From an uncultured Actinomycetota bacterium (GTDB taxonomy: Bacteria; Actinomycetota; Actinomycetes; JAHEKZ01): DNA of 64,000 bases. The stretch spans positions 416,001 to 480,000 of the forward strand of contig CAVURN010000001.1 of assembly GCA_963743915.1 (NCBI GenBank), read 5' to 3'. The position numbers and the translations under genes were made by a program. Each line of letters begins with the position of its first letter. Position 1 is the stretch's first letter. The notes beneath the pieces were generated by a model that worked only from the letters and a program-made list of their open reading frames with translations, did no database searches and was not told where the DNA came from. Shown piece after piece: positions 18,587-27,809 of the stretch.

Positions 18587-20430
18587 CCGACGAGCAGACC
18601 CCACCGGAGCGGGTGCGGATCCGTTTCACGCCCTCCGACAAAGAGGTCCGGGTGCCCGCGGGGGTCCCCGTGTTCGACGCCGCCAGCTGGAACGGCATCG
18701 CCATCGACTCGACCTGCGGCGGCCACGGCACGTGCAAGAAGTGCAAGGTGCAGATCCTCGAGGGGTCGGTTCCCGTCCAGAGCCTCGACCGCCGGGCCTT
18801 CTCCCAGGAACAGCTGGACGACGGCTGGCGCCTGGCCTGCGTGACCAGGGCGGGTGGCGACCTGCTGGTCGACGTCCCGCCGATGACCACCCGGCCGAAG
18901 GCAGCGACGTTCGGCGTCGGTCGCCAGGTGATCCTCCGGCCGGCCGTCCAGAAGAGGTACGTCGAGCTCAGCGAGCCCTCGCTCACCGATCAGCGCACCG
19001 ACTCACAGCGCGTGTTCGACGAGCTCGACGACCTCGAGCTCACCGTGGACCTCGACGTCTATCGCACCCTCGGGAAGACGCTCCGCGAGGCGGACTACCG
19101 GGTCACTGCTGTGGTGGTCGACGACCGCCTGGTCGCCGTCGAGCCCGGCGACACCACCGCGCGCTCGTTCGGCCTCGCCTTCGACCTGGGCACGACGACG
19201 GTGGTCGCGAACCTCATGGACATCACCACCGGCACCCCGGTCGCGGTGACGTCCATGCTCAACAAGCAGCAGCCGTACGGCGCCGACGTCATCGCCCGCA
19301 TCAGCGCGACCATGCTGGACGCCGATGCGTTGGGGCACCTCCAACAGCTCGCCCACGAGACGCTGGACACCCTCGCCAAGGAGGCGTGCGCCGAGGCAGG
19401 CGTCGACGCCCACGAGATCTACGAGGTGGCACTCGCCGGCAACGCCACGATGGTGCATCTGGCGCTGGGCATCGATCCCGAGCCGCTGGGCGTCGCACCC
19501 TTCATCCTCGCCGCACGACAGTTCGAGAACGTGATGGCGTCCGACCTCGGGGTCACCGCCCATCCCCGTGCACGGGCGACCGTCGTCCCATCCTTGGGAG
19601 CCTACGTCGGTGGCGACATCATCGCCGGTGCCCTCGCGTCCGGCATGGACCGCGACAAGCGCCTGCGGCTCTTCATCGACATCGGCACCAACTGCGAGAT
19701 CGTCGTGGCCGACGGCGAACGAATCATGGCGACCGCCGCTCCTGCCGGGCCGGCGTTCGAGGCGGCTTCCATCCGGTGCGGCATGCGCGCCGCCCCCGGC
19801 GCCATCGAAGTGGTGAAGGTGACCGAGGACTCGCTCCACGTCGAGGTCATCGGTGACGAGCCCGCCGTGGGCCTGTGCGGGTCTGGGCTCGTGGACGCCG
19901 TGGCAGAGCTGGTGCGGGTCGGGGTGATCGACTCGTCGGGGCGGTTCGCCGACCGCGACACGGTCATGGCGTCGCACCCGCACCTGGCCGAGCGCATGAC
20001 ACAGATCGACGAGGAGAAGGTCTTCGTGCTCGCCGAACCGGCCACGCCGGATGCCGACCCGGTGGTCCTCAGCCAACGTGATGTGCGCGAGCTCCAGTTC
20101 GCAAAGGCGGCGATCGCCACCGGCTGGCACCTGCTGCTCGAGGACTTCGGCATCGATGAGCGGGACGTGCAGCAGGTGCTGCTCGCCGGGTCCTTCGGCA
20201 CGTACCTGTCAGCGGCCAGCGCCGTGCGGATCGGCCTGGTGCCGAAGCTTCCTGTCCTGCGCATCGTCAGCGCCGGCAACGTGGCCGGTGAGGGCGCCAA
20301 GATGGTCCTGCTCTCCGCGGCCGAGCGGCACGGAGTCACCACCCTCCTGGGCGAGATCCAGTACGTCGAGCTGTCCGACCGCACGGACTTCCAGGACCGC
20401 TTCGTGGATCAGCTGGCCTTTCCCTCATGA
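18583..20430 (+). CDS. ASKHA-domain reductive activator of corrinoid proteins (RACo/DUF4445) with N-terminal 2Fe-2S
   Basis: CGGHGTCKKC...RLAC 2Fe-2S motif, DLGTTT, GADVIAR, DIGTNCE, AGPAFE, GLCGSG, LAGSFG. Confidence 0.95.
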   Translation: MTDEQTPPERVRIRFTPSDKEVRVPAGVPVFDAASWNGIAIDSTCGGHGTCKKCKVQILEGSVPVQSLDRRAFSQEQLDDGWRLACVTRAGGDLLVDVPPMTTRPKAATFGVGRQVILRPAVQKRYVELSEPSLTDQRTDSQRVFDELDDLELTVDLDVYRTLGKTLREADYRVTAVVVDDRLVAVEPGDTTARSFGLAFDLGTTTVVANLMDITTGTPVAVTSMLNKQQPYGADVIARISATMLDADALGHLQQLAHETLDTLAKEACAEAGVDAHEIYEVALAGNATMVHLALGIDPEPLGVAPFILAARQFENVMASDLGVTAHPRARATVVPSLGAYVGGDIIAGALASGMDRDKRLRLFIDIGTNCEIVVADGERIMATAAPAGPAFEAASIRCGMRAAPGAIEVVKVTEDSLHVEVIGDEPAVGLCGSGLVDAVAELVRVGVIDSSGRFADRDTVMASHPHLAERMTQIDEEKVFVLAEPATPDADPVVLSQRDVRELQFAKAAIATGWHLLLEDFGIDERDVQQVLLAGSFGTYLSAASAVRIGLVPKLPVLRIVSAGNVAGEGAKMVLLSAAERHGVTTLLGEIQYVELSDRTDFQDRFVDQLAFPS

Positions 20431-21029
20431 GGACGGCGGCAGCGACCGTCGGTGTCGTGGCGTGCGGGGCGCTCGCCGTCGACATCTCCGAGATCGCCGC
20501 CCGACGTGAGTGGCCGGTCGACGTCCACCCGCTGCCGCCATTGCTGCACAACCATCCGGCGCGAATCCCCCCGGCCGTGGCGGCCAAGCTCGACGAAGTG
20601 CGTCAGCGGTACGAGCGGGTGGTCGTTGCCTACGCGGACTGTGGCACCTACGGAGGGCTCGACGAGGTGTGCCACGAGTACGGGATCGAGCGCCTCGCGG
20701 GTGACGACTGCTACGGCGTCTACGCCGGGACCGACCGCTACCGCGCACTGCTCGACGCTGAGCCGGGAACCTACGTCCTCACCGACTTCCTCGCCGCTTC
20801 GTTCGAGCGGACCGTGCTGGCCGAGCTGGGCCTCGATCAGCGCCCCGAGCTGCGCGACGACTACTTCCGTCACTACCGCCGGGTGGTGTGGCTGACGCAG
20901 CGCCGGACACCGCTGCTGCAGCAGGCGGCCGAACGCGCGGCGTCCGCGATCGGCCTGCCGCTCGAGGTGGTGGACGTCGGTCTGCTCGGTCTCGAGCGCT
21001 CTCTCGCCGCGCTCCTCGACGACGGATAG
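20427..21029 (+). CDS. DUF1638 domain protein
   Basis: VACGAL, LHNHP, AYADCGT, DCY, GTYVLTDF. Typical neighbour of RACo/corrinoid genes. Confidence 0.85.
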   Translation: MRTAAATVGVVACGALAVDISEIAARREWPVDVHPLPPLLHNHPARIPPAVAAKLDEVRQRYERVVVAYADCGTYGGLDEVCHEYGIERLAGDDCYGVYAGTDRYRALLDAEPGTYVLTDFLAASFERTVLAELGLDQRPELRDDYFRHYRRVVWLTQRRTPLLQQAAERAASAIGLPLEVVDVGLLGLERSLAALLDDG

Positions 21030-21048
21030 GTCGACGGGAGCACCTGGG

Positions 21049-21927
21049 TCAGGGGAGCAGCGAGGCAATGGCGTCGGCCGTGGCCTCGGGGTCGTCGACG
21101 GCGGGCGAGTGGCCGGCCTCGGGCAGCATCACGAGGCGAGCTCCGATTCGCTCGGCCATCGCCTGCTGCTCCGGGATCGGCCAGGCGTCGTCCTCGCCTC
21201 CCACCACTACCACCGACGGCGGGGCGACCGACGCCAGTGCGTCCACCCGGTCCTCGCCGTCGGTGAGCACCTCGATCATCGCGAGCAGGGACGCGGGGGC
21301 GTGAGCCAGGAACCGGGCGGTGAGGAAGGCGTCGATCTCGGCGGGTGCCTGCGGCGCACTCGCCGCCTCCTCAAGGGCGCGTTTGGCCCGCCAGACGGCG
21401 GCGAGCCCCTGCGTGCGAAGCACCTGGGCGAACATCCGCAGCACCCGCTGCTGGTCGTCGGGCAGGGCGGCCGGGCCCGAGGCGACGAGCACCAGGCCCT
21501 GGGCGGAGAGCGGGTCGGAGAGCACGGCGTCGCGGACGACCAGTCCGCCGAAGGAGTGGCCCACCAGGACCCGTGGCCCCGCCAGCTGGTGCGCCACCGA
21601 CCAGACGTCCGCGGCGAATCCCCCCAGCGAGTACGCCGTGTCGTCCGGCCTGGTCGACTCGTACTGCCCCGCGAGGTCGAGCGCGACGGCGTGCACGCCG
21701 CGGGCGGCCAGGGGTGCGAGCACCGCGATGAAGTCCTCCTTGCTGCCGGTGAAACCCGGGACGAGCAGCGCGCTGCCACGCGACCCCTCGACGGCAGACC
21801 CGTTGTCGAGCACGGCGAACGTGCCGCGGTCGGTGGTCAGTGCGCGCGCCGTCACCCCGGTCGGCGGACGGAGGAAGGGTGGGATGCTCACGCCGGGCAG
21901 AATAGGCTGCGTCCGGACCGACTCCAC
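21049..21927 (-). CDS. Alpha/beta fold hydrolase
   Basis: PGFTGSKEDF, GHSFGG, AGHSP. Confidence 0.9.
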   Translation of the reverse strand: MESVRTQPILPGVSIPPFLRPPTGVTARALTTDRGTFAVLDNGSAVEGSRGSALLVPGFTGSKEDFIAVLAPLAARGVHAVALDLAGQYESTRPDDTAYSLGGFAADVWSVAHQLAGPRVLVGHSFGGLVVRDAVLSDPLSAQGLVLVASGPAALPDDQQRVLRMFAQVLRTQGLAAVWRAKRALEEAASAPQAPAEIDAFLTARFLAHAPASLLAMIEVLTDGEDRVDALASVAPPSVVVVGGEDDAWPIPEQQAMAERIGARLVMLPEAGHSPAVDDPEATADAIASLLP

Positions 21928-21951
21928 CTCACCCCGTCAGAAGGAGGCCCC

Positions 21952-22719
21952 GTGACCCGCACGATCGCGGTGGCCAACCAGAAGGGTGGCGTCGCCAAGA
22001 CGACGACGGTCGCGTCGGTGGGGATGGCGCTCGGGGAGCTGGGGCATCGGGTGCTCATGGTCGACCTCGACCCGCAGGCCTGCCTGACCTTCTCCCTGGG
22101 CGTCGACCCGGAGGGCCTCGAGCTCTCGCTGCACGACGTCTTCCGGGAGCGGGTGAGCGCTGCCCTGGCCCTCAGGAGCGTCGGCGAAGGCGTCGACCTT
22201 CTGCCGAGCACCATCGACCTCACCGGCAGTGAGGTCGCGCTGCACGACCAGCCCGGACGCGAGTACGTCCTGCGCAAGGCGTTGACCGGCTTCACCGGCG
22301 ACTACGACTTCGTGCTGATCGACTGCTCACCGTCGCTCGGCGTGCTCACCGTCAATGCGCTCACCGCTGCGGACGAGGTGTTGATCCCGCTGCAGTGCGA
22401 GACGTTGTCGCACCGGGGGGTCGGCCAGCTGCTCGACACGATCGACGACGTGCGGCGGCTGACCAACCCCGACCTGGTGGTGCTCGGCGTCCTCCCCACC
22501 TTGTACGACGGACGCACCACGCACGCACGCGACGTGCTCGCCGACGTCTCGGCCCGGTTCGGCGTCACCGTGCTGGAGCCCCCGATCAGCAGGTCCATCC
22601 GGTTCGCCGAGGCTCCGGCATCCGGCCAGTCGATCCTGAGGACGGCGTCGACCAGTCCGGGGGCGCAGGCCTATCGCACGTTCGCGCGGCGGCTGGCCGG
22701 GCACGAGGTCGCCGCGTGA
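21952..22719 (+). CDS. ParA/Soj family ATPase (orphan)
   Basis: NQKGGVAKTTT deviant Walker A, DLDPQ, IDCSPSLG. SD AAGGAGG before the GTG. Confidence 0.93.
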   Translation: MTRTIAVANQKGGVAKTTTVASVGMALGELGHRVLMVDLDPQACLTFSLGVDPEGLELSLHDVFRERVSAALALRSVGEGVDLLPSTIDLTGSEVALHDQPGREYVLRKALTGFTGDYDFVLIDCSPSLGVLTVNALTAADEVLIPLQCETLSHRGVGQLLDTIDDVRRLTNPDLVVLGVLPTLYDGRTTHARDVLADVSARFGVTVLEPPISRSIRFAEAPASGQSILRTASTSPGAQAYRTFARRLAGHEVAA

Positions 22720-23051
22720 GCCGCCGCTCGCGGAGCACCGACTTCAGCCGGATCCGACCGGCGCGGTCGGCGTCCACCGAGCCCGAGCCGGCCGCTCCAC
22801 CGGACCACGAGGGGCGCCGGGCGTTGTTCAGCGGTGGCGACGATCGTCCGGACGACAACGGGGCCACAGGCTCGGTGGTCGTCAGCTGTGGGAGCTGCGG
22901 GGCCGACACCGTGCTGTCGCCCACGGCTGCCCTGCGTCTGGCGGTTCCGTCGCTGCACCTGCCCTACCTCAAGCGCGGCCACGGGTCATGGATGCGGTGT
23001 CCCGCGTGCCGCACGCACGCCTGGGTGAGTGTGCAGATCCGTCTTCCCTGA
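22716..23051 (+). CDS. Small hypothetical zinc-ribbon protein
   Basis: GTGA overlap with the parA stop, CGSC...CPAC motifs. Confidence 0.7.
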   Translation: MSRRSRSTDFSRIRPARSASTEPEPAAPPDHEGRRALFSGGDDRPDDNGATGSVVVSCGSCGADTVLSPTAALRLAVPSLHLPYLKRGHGSWMRCPACRTHAWVSVQIRLP

Positions 23052-23088
23052 CCTCGCGCGGCGACCGGCGACGTGACCGGGCACGGCG

Positions 23089-24456
23089 CTACCAGTCGAA
23101 GCCCGGCGGGGTGGGGCTGCAGGCCTCGCGGGCGGCCCGCCGGTGCTCGGCGACCTGGTCGGCGTAGCGGTGGTCCTTGGCGACGTTGACGAGCTCGTCG
23201 GGGTCCTTTGCGTAGTCGTAGAGCTCCGCAGTCTCGCGGCCGTCGTACTCGACGTACAGGTATCGAGGCGTGCGCCAGCCGCAGTAGGCCGGGTGCCGGC
23301 CGCCGAGCGTCGCGTTGGTGATCTGCTCGATCACCACACCTGTCCGGTCCGTGGTGAGGGGGTCGCGGCCCTCCATGCGCCAGCGCAGCCCGGCAGCCTT
23401 GGCGAGCATCGCCGTCAGGTCGATCTGCGGGGTCACTCGCCGAGTGCGGGTGCCGGGGGCGATCACTCCGTCCCACCGGACGTACATGGGGACCTCGCTG
23501 GACCGGGTGTACGGCACGTCCTTGCCGATGATGCGGTGGGCCCCCAGCATGAACCCGTTGTCCGACAGGAACACCACGATCGTGTTCGACAGGTCGGACG
23601 CATCGAGCAGGCGCCCCACCCAGTCGTCGATGCTCATCAGCGTCTCGTGCTGCCGGGTGAGGATGGTCCGCATCGCCATCGGGTCGGTGTACGGCTTCTC
23701 GCGGACCCACGCGGGTTTGTCCGAGACATTCTTCTCGTTGAGGGCGCCGATCGCGGAGGCCGGCTCCAGGGGCCACGTGCCCTCGTCGCGGGGTGCGGGG
23801 AGGAAGGGTGCGTGCGGGCCGTTCGGGGCGAACATGACGAACCAGGGGGAGCCGGGGCGGGTGTCGTTGATGTGGTCCACGGCGAGCTGTCCGAGCACGT
23901 TGGTCGAGTAGTCCTCGGGCCTGCTGCCGTAGAGCTTCGGGTCGCCGGTGAGCCGGTAGTCGTAGTAGAGGCCCACCTTCTCTCCCTCGCCGGCAAAGAC
24001 GCGGAACGTGTCCCAGCCGGGTGGGACGTATCCCGGCTCGGCGTTCTGCTGGAACCCGTTGAGGTACTTGCCGTACAGCCCGGTGTCGTACCCCACGGCG
24101 TCGAGGCGGGACGCGAGCGTGTCGGCCTCCGCCCCGGCGTGGAAGGCCGGCCATGCGCCCAGACCGTCAGCCTTGTTGGTCCACACCCCGGTCGTGTGGG
24201 AGTGGTCGCCGGTGAGCAACGAGGCACGGGACGGGCAGCACAGCGACGTCGGGATGATCCCGTTGCGAAAGGTGAGGCCACGACCCGCCAGCCGTTGCTG
24301 CACGTTGGGCATCGCGTCGAGCGTTCCCTTGGGCTGGTCGTCCGTGACGATCACCAAGATGTTCGGCAGTGGCCGGGCGGTGGCGGGGGCTGCGGGGACC
24401 AGGACCGCCGCCACGAGGGCGGCGACCGCCAGCGCCAGAAGGGTGCGGGTCGACAC
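23089..24456 (-). CDS. Secreted sulfatase (Cys-type)
   Basis: Signal peptide, PNILVIVTDDQ, CCPSRASLLTG (CxPxR), GKYLNG, SDNG, ELYD. Confidence 0.92.
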   Translation of the reverse strand: MSTRTLLALAVAALVAAVLVPAAPATARPLPNILVIVTDDQPKGTLDAMPNVQQRLAGRGLTFRNGIIPTSLCCPSRASLLTGDHSHTTGVWTNKADGLGAWPAFHAGAEADTLASRLDAVGYDTGLYGKYLNGFQQNAEPGYVPPGWDTFRVFAGEGEKVGLYYDYRLTGDPKLYGSRPEDYSTNVLGQLAVDHINDTRPGSPWFVMFAPNGPHAPFLPAPRDEGTWPLEPASAIGALNEKNVSDKPAWVREKPYTDPMAMRTILTRQHETLMSIDDWVGRLLDASDLSNTIVVFLSDNGFMLGAHRIIGKDVPYTRSSEVPMYVRWDGVIAPGTRTRRVTPQIDLTAMLAKAAGLRWRMEGRDPLTTDRTGVVIEQITNATLGGRHPAYCGWRTPRYLYVEYDGRETAELYDYAKDPDELVNVAKDHRYADQVAEHRRAAREACSPTPPGFDW

Positions 24457-24462
24457 GTGCGG

Positions 24463-26049
24463 TCAGGAACCGCTGGAAGAGCTGGCCGCCTCACCGGACG
24501 AGCTCCCGCCACGGCGCCGGCGGCGCCGACGCCGTGGCGCGGCTGCCTCCCCGGATGCCGCGCCACCCGCCGCAGCGCCGTCGGTGGTGGCAGCCGGAGC
24601 CTTCTCCTTGACGCTGCCGTCGGGCGTCGCGCCACCCCTCGTGCGCTGGCGGTTGCGAGGTCGCTTGCCGGCGGGACGCTCCGCGCTGCGGTCACCGCGC
24701 GGTCGTGACCGCTCGCCTCCGCTGCGGCGCGCCTTCCCCGTCTCGCCGAGGTCCTCGAGCACCTCCGCCTCGAGACCGGCGAGGGTGCGCTGGCTCTTGG
24801 GGAGGGTGCCCTTGGTGCCCTCGGGGATGCCGAGGTCGGCGTAGAGGTGGGGCGAGGTGGAGTACGTCTCGACCGGGTCGTCGAACGGCAGCCCCAGCTG
24901 CTTGTTGATCAGGATCCAGCGGGGAAGGTCCTGCCAGTCGACCAACGTCAGCGCGACGCCCGTGGCGCCGGCGCGCGCGGTCCGCCCGATCCGGTGGACG
25001 TAGGTCTTCTCGTCGTCGGGGCAGCTGAAGTTGATGACGTGCGTGATGCCGTCGATGTCGATGCCGCGGGCAGCGACGTCGGTGGCGACGAGCACGTCCA
25101 CCTTTCCGTTGCGGAACGCGCGCATGGCCTGCTCGCGTGCGCCTTGGCCGAGGTCGCCGTGGACGGAACCGACGGCGAAGCCGCGGCTGTTCAGGTCGTC
25201 GCTGATCTTCTGGGCCTGCCGTTTGGTGGGGCAGAAGATGATGGTGTGACCACGGCCCTCCGATTGCAGGACGCGGGCGACGATCTCGACCTTGTCCACG
25301 GGATGTGTGCGGTAGGCGAACTGGGTCACGCGCTTGACCAGCTGGCTGTTGTCCTCGTCGGGGTCGATGGCACGGATGTGCGTGGGCTGGCTCATGTAGC
25401 GGCGAGCGAGCGCGATCACGTCGCCCGGCATGGTCGCCGAGAACAGCATGGTCTGACGGTCGGCGGGGGTCAGCGCCACGATCCGCTCGACGTCGGGAAG
25501 GAAGCCCATGTCGAGCATCTCGTCCGCCTCGTCCAGGACCAGCGTCGTGACGGCGCCGAGGTGGAGGTGACGCTTCTCGACCAGGTCGAGGAGGCGTCCG
25601 GGCGTGCCGACGACGACGTCGACGCCGGCCTCGAGGGCCTCGACCTGCGGCTCGTACGACCGTCCCCCGTAGACGGTCAGGACGCGGGCTCCGCGCGTCT
25701 TGCTGGCGTGCCGGATCTCGTTCGCCACCTGGATGGCGAGCTCGCGCGTGGGAACGACGACCAGCGCCTGCGGCGTCGCGGGCGGCTCGTGGTCGGGGTG
25801 GACGGGGTCGTTCGGCGCGGAGAGGCGCTCGAGCAGCGGCAGCGCGAAGCCGAGCGTCTTGCCGGTGCCGGTCTTGGCCTGGCCGATGACGTCGTGGCCG
25901 TCGAGGGCCACGGGAAGGGTCAGCTCTTGGATGGGAAATGCCTCGGTGATGCCCAGGTGGGCCAGGTCGGCCACGGTTTCAGCCCGGATGCCGAGGTCGG
26001 CAAAAGTAGTCAGGGGGTCCGCCTTGTGCGTGTTGATGACGGACTTCAC
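24463..26049 (-). CDS. DEAD/DEAH-box RNA helicase
   Basis: AKTGTGKT, PTRELA, GTPGR, DEAD, SAT, HRIGRTAR, basic C-terminal tail. Start position approximate. Confidence 0.95.
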   Translation of the reverse strand: MKSVINTHKADPLTTFADLGIRAETVADLAHLGITEAFPIQELTLPVALDGHDVIGQAKTGTGKTLGFALPLLERLSAPNDPVHPDHEPPATPQALVVVPTRELAIQVANEIRHASKTRGARVLTVYGGRSYEPQVEALEAGVDVVVGTPGRLLDLVEKRHLHLGAVTTLVLDEADEMLDMGFLPDVERIVALTPADRQTMLFSATMPGDVIALARRYMSQPTHIRAIDPDEDNSQLVKRVTQFAYRTHPVDKVEIVARVLQSEGRGHTIIFCPTKRQAQKISDDLNSRGFAVGSVHGDLGQGAREQAMRAFRNGKVDVLVATDVAARGIDIDGITHVINFSCPDDEKTYVHRIGRTARAGATGVALTLVDWQDLPRWILINKQLGLPFDDPVETYSTSPHLYADLGIPEGTKGTLPKSQRTLAGLEAEVLEDLGETGKARRSGGERSRPRGDRSAERPAGKRPRNRQRTRGGATPDGSVKEKAPAATTDGAAAGGAASGEAAAPRRRRRRRRGGSSSGEAASSSSGS

Positions 26050-26081
26050 CCTACCGCGCAGGCCCCGGTTACCCTTCGGCC

Positions 26082-26747
26082 ATGCCCGATCCCGCGTACC
26101 GCACCGCTGTCGTCGAGCTGCTCGGTGTCCTCGCGTACGGCGAGCTGTCCGCGTTCGAACGGCTCTGCGCGGACGCGGCCCTCGCCCCCACGCTCGACGA
26201 CAAGGCCGAGATCGCGGCCATGGCCTGCGCCGAGTTCGGACACTTCCAGCTGCTCAGGGAGCGGTTGACCGCCCTCGGGGTCGAGGCCGAGCAGGCCATG
26301 CGTCCCTTCGTGGCGCCGCTGGACGCCTTCCACGCGTCGACCGCGCCCGCCGACTGGCTCGAGGGGCTGGTGAAGGCGTACGTCGGCGACGGCATCGCCG
26401 CCGACTTCTACCGGGAGATCTCGGTGCTGCTCGACGACGAGACGCGGACCCTCGTGCTCGCCGTCTTCGCCGACACCGGGCACTCGCAGTTCGTCGTCAC
26501 CAAGGTCCGCGCCGCCATCGAGGCCGACCCGAGAGTGGCCGGACGCCTGGCCCTGTGGGGGCGGCGCCTGATGGGTGAGGCGCTCAGCCAGGCCCAGCGG
26601 GTGGCGGCCGAACGGGACTCCCTGGCGGCCTTGCTCGCCGGCGGCGCCGGCGACGGAGGAATGGACCTGGTGGCCCTTGGTCGCATGTTCACCCGGATCA
26701 CCGAGGAGCACACCAAGCGGATGGCAGCGCTCGGCCTGTCGGCCTGA
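26082..26747 (+). CDS. Ferritin-like (MiaE-like) fold protein
   Basis: LAYGELSAFERL, EFGHF, WLEGLVKAYVGDG. Conserved position next to the helicase. Confidence 0.88.
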   Translation: MPDPAYRTAVVELLGVLAYGELSAFERLCADAALAPTLDDKAEIAAMACAEFGHFQLLRERLTALGVEAEQAMRPFVAPLDAFHASTAPADWLEGLVKAYVGDGIAADFYREISVLLDDETRTLVLAVFADTGHSQFVVTKVRAAIEADPRVAGRLALWGRRLMGEALSQAQRVAAERDSLAALLAGGAGDGGMDLVALGRMFTRITEEHTKRMAALGLSA

Positions 26748-26783
26748 GTGCGCTGGGCCGGTCCGGCCCGAGAGTGGAGGGCG

Positions 26784-27011
26784 CTACATCGCGCCGAAGC
26801 CGACGCGGCGGGCCTCCTGCTCACCGATCTCCACGTAGGCGAGCTTCTCTGCGGGCACCAGCACCCGGCGGCCCTTGCTGTCGGCGAGGTCGAACAGGGC
26901 TCCGGTCTCGGAGGCGCAGTCGCGGACCAGGCCGGCGACCTCCTCGGGGGTGAGGTCGGTCTCGACCACCAGCTCCCGGGCGACACCCTTGACCCCGACC
27001 TTGACCTCCAT
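26784..27011 (-). CDS. DUF3107 family protein
   Basis: MEVKVGV...RELVVE...DSKGRRVLVP...AYVEIG...RVGF. Confidence 0.9.
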   Translation of the reverse strand: MEVKVGVKGVARELVVETDLTPEEVAGLVRDCASETGALFDLADSKGRRVLVPAEKLAYVEIGEQEARRVGFGAM

Positions 27012-27063
27012 GCCCAACCTCCACCACTCGGCTGCGGGCGCCGGTGCGCCAGCCTCGGCCAGG

Positions 27064-27681
27064 CTAACCGACGGGGTCCGGGTCGACGCGTGGGAACCCG
27101 GAGATGCCGCGCCAGGCGAGCGCACTGACCAGCTCCTCTGCCGCAGTCCGGTCCAGCGAGCCGTTCTGCATCCACCAGCGGGCCGAGACCTGCGCGGCAC
27201 CGGTGAGCCCGGCAGCCAGCAGCAGCGCCGCTCCCTCGTCGAGCTGGGTGTCGGCGGCGATGGCGGAGGCCACGACGTCGGTGCACGCGTGGGTGACGGC
27301 GTCGAGTCGCTGGCGCACGGCCGGCTCACCGGTCAGGTCGGACTCGAAGACGAGCCGGAAGGTGCCTTGGGGGTCGGTCATGACCCCGAAGTAGGCGCTG
27401 ATGGTGGCCTGCACCCGCTGATGGTTGTCCGTGGTGGACGCCAGCGCGTCCCGCACGACGGCCTCGAGCGCACCCGTGCCGAGATCCAGCAGCGCGAGGT
27501 AGAGGTCGAGCTTGCCGGGGAAGTGCTGGTAGAGGACCGGCTTGCTGATCCCTGCCTCGGCGGCGATGTCGTCCATGGCCGCTGCGTGGTACCCGGCCCG
27601 GACGAAGACCCGCTGGGCGGCGTCCAGCAGCTGCTTGCGGCGCTGCACCCGGGTGAGCCGCGGAGCCTGCGGGACTGCCAT
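27064..27681 (-). CDS. TetR/AcrR family regulator
   Basis: GYHAAAMDDIAAEAGISKPVLYQHFPGK HTH. Confidence 0.93.
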   Translation of the reverse strand: MAVPQAPRLTRVQRRKQLLDAAQRVFVRAGYHAAAMDDIAAEAGISKPVLYQHFPGKLDLYLALLDLGTGALEAVVRDALASTTDNHQRVQATISAYFGVMTDPQGTFRLVFESDLTGEPAVRQRLDAVTHACTDVVASAIAADTQLDEGAALLLAAGLTGAAQVSARWWMQNGSLDRTAAEELVSALAWRGISGFPRVDPDPVG

Positions 27682-27809
27682 GGCCCCGGAGCCTACTCTT
27701 CGGTAAGGGTGACAGACCCGGGATTGAGCCACCGTGGACCGGTGCCGATGACAAGATGGGGATCGACCGACGACCCCCGCACCGTGCACGACCAGGGGAG
27801 GGTGAGGGC

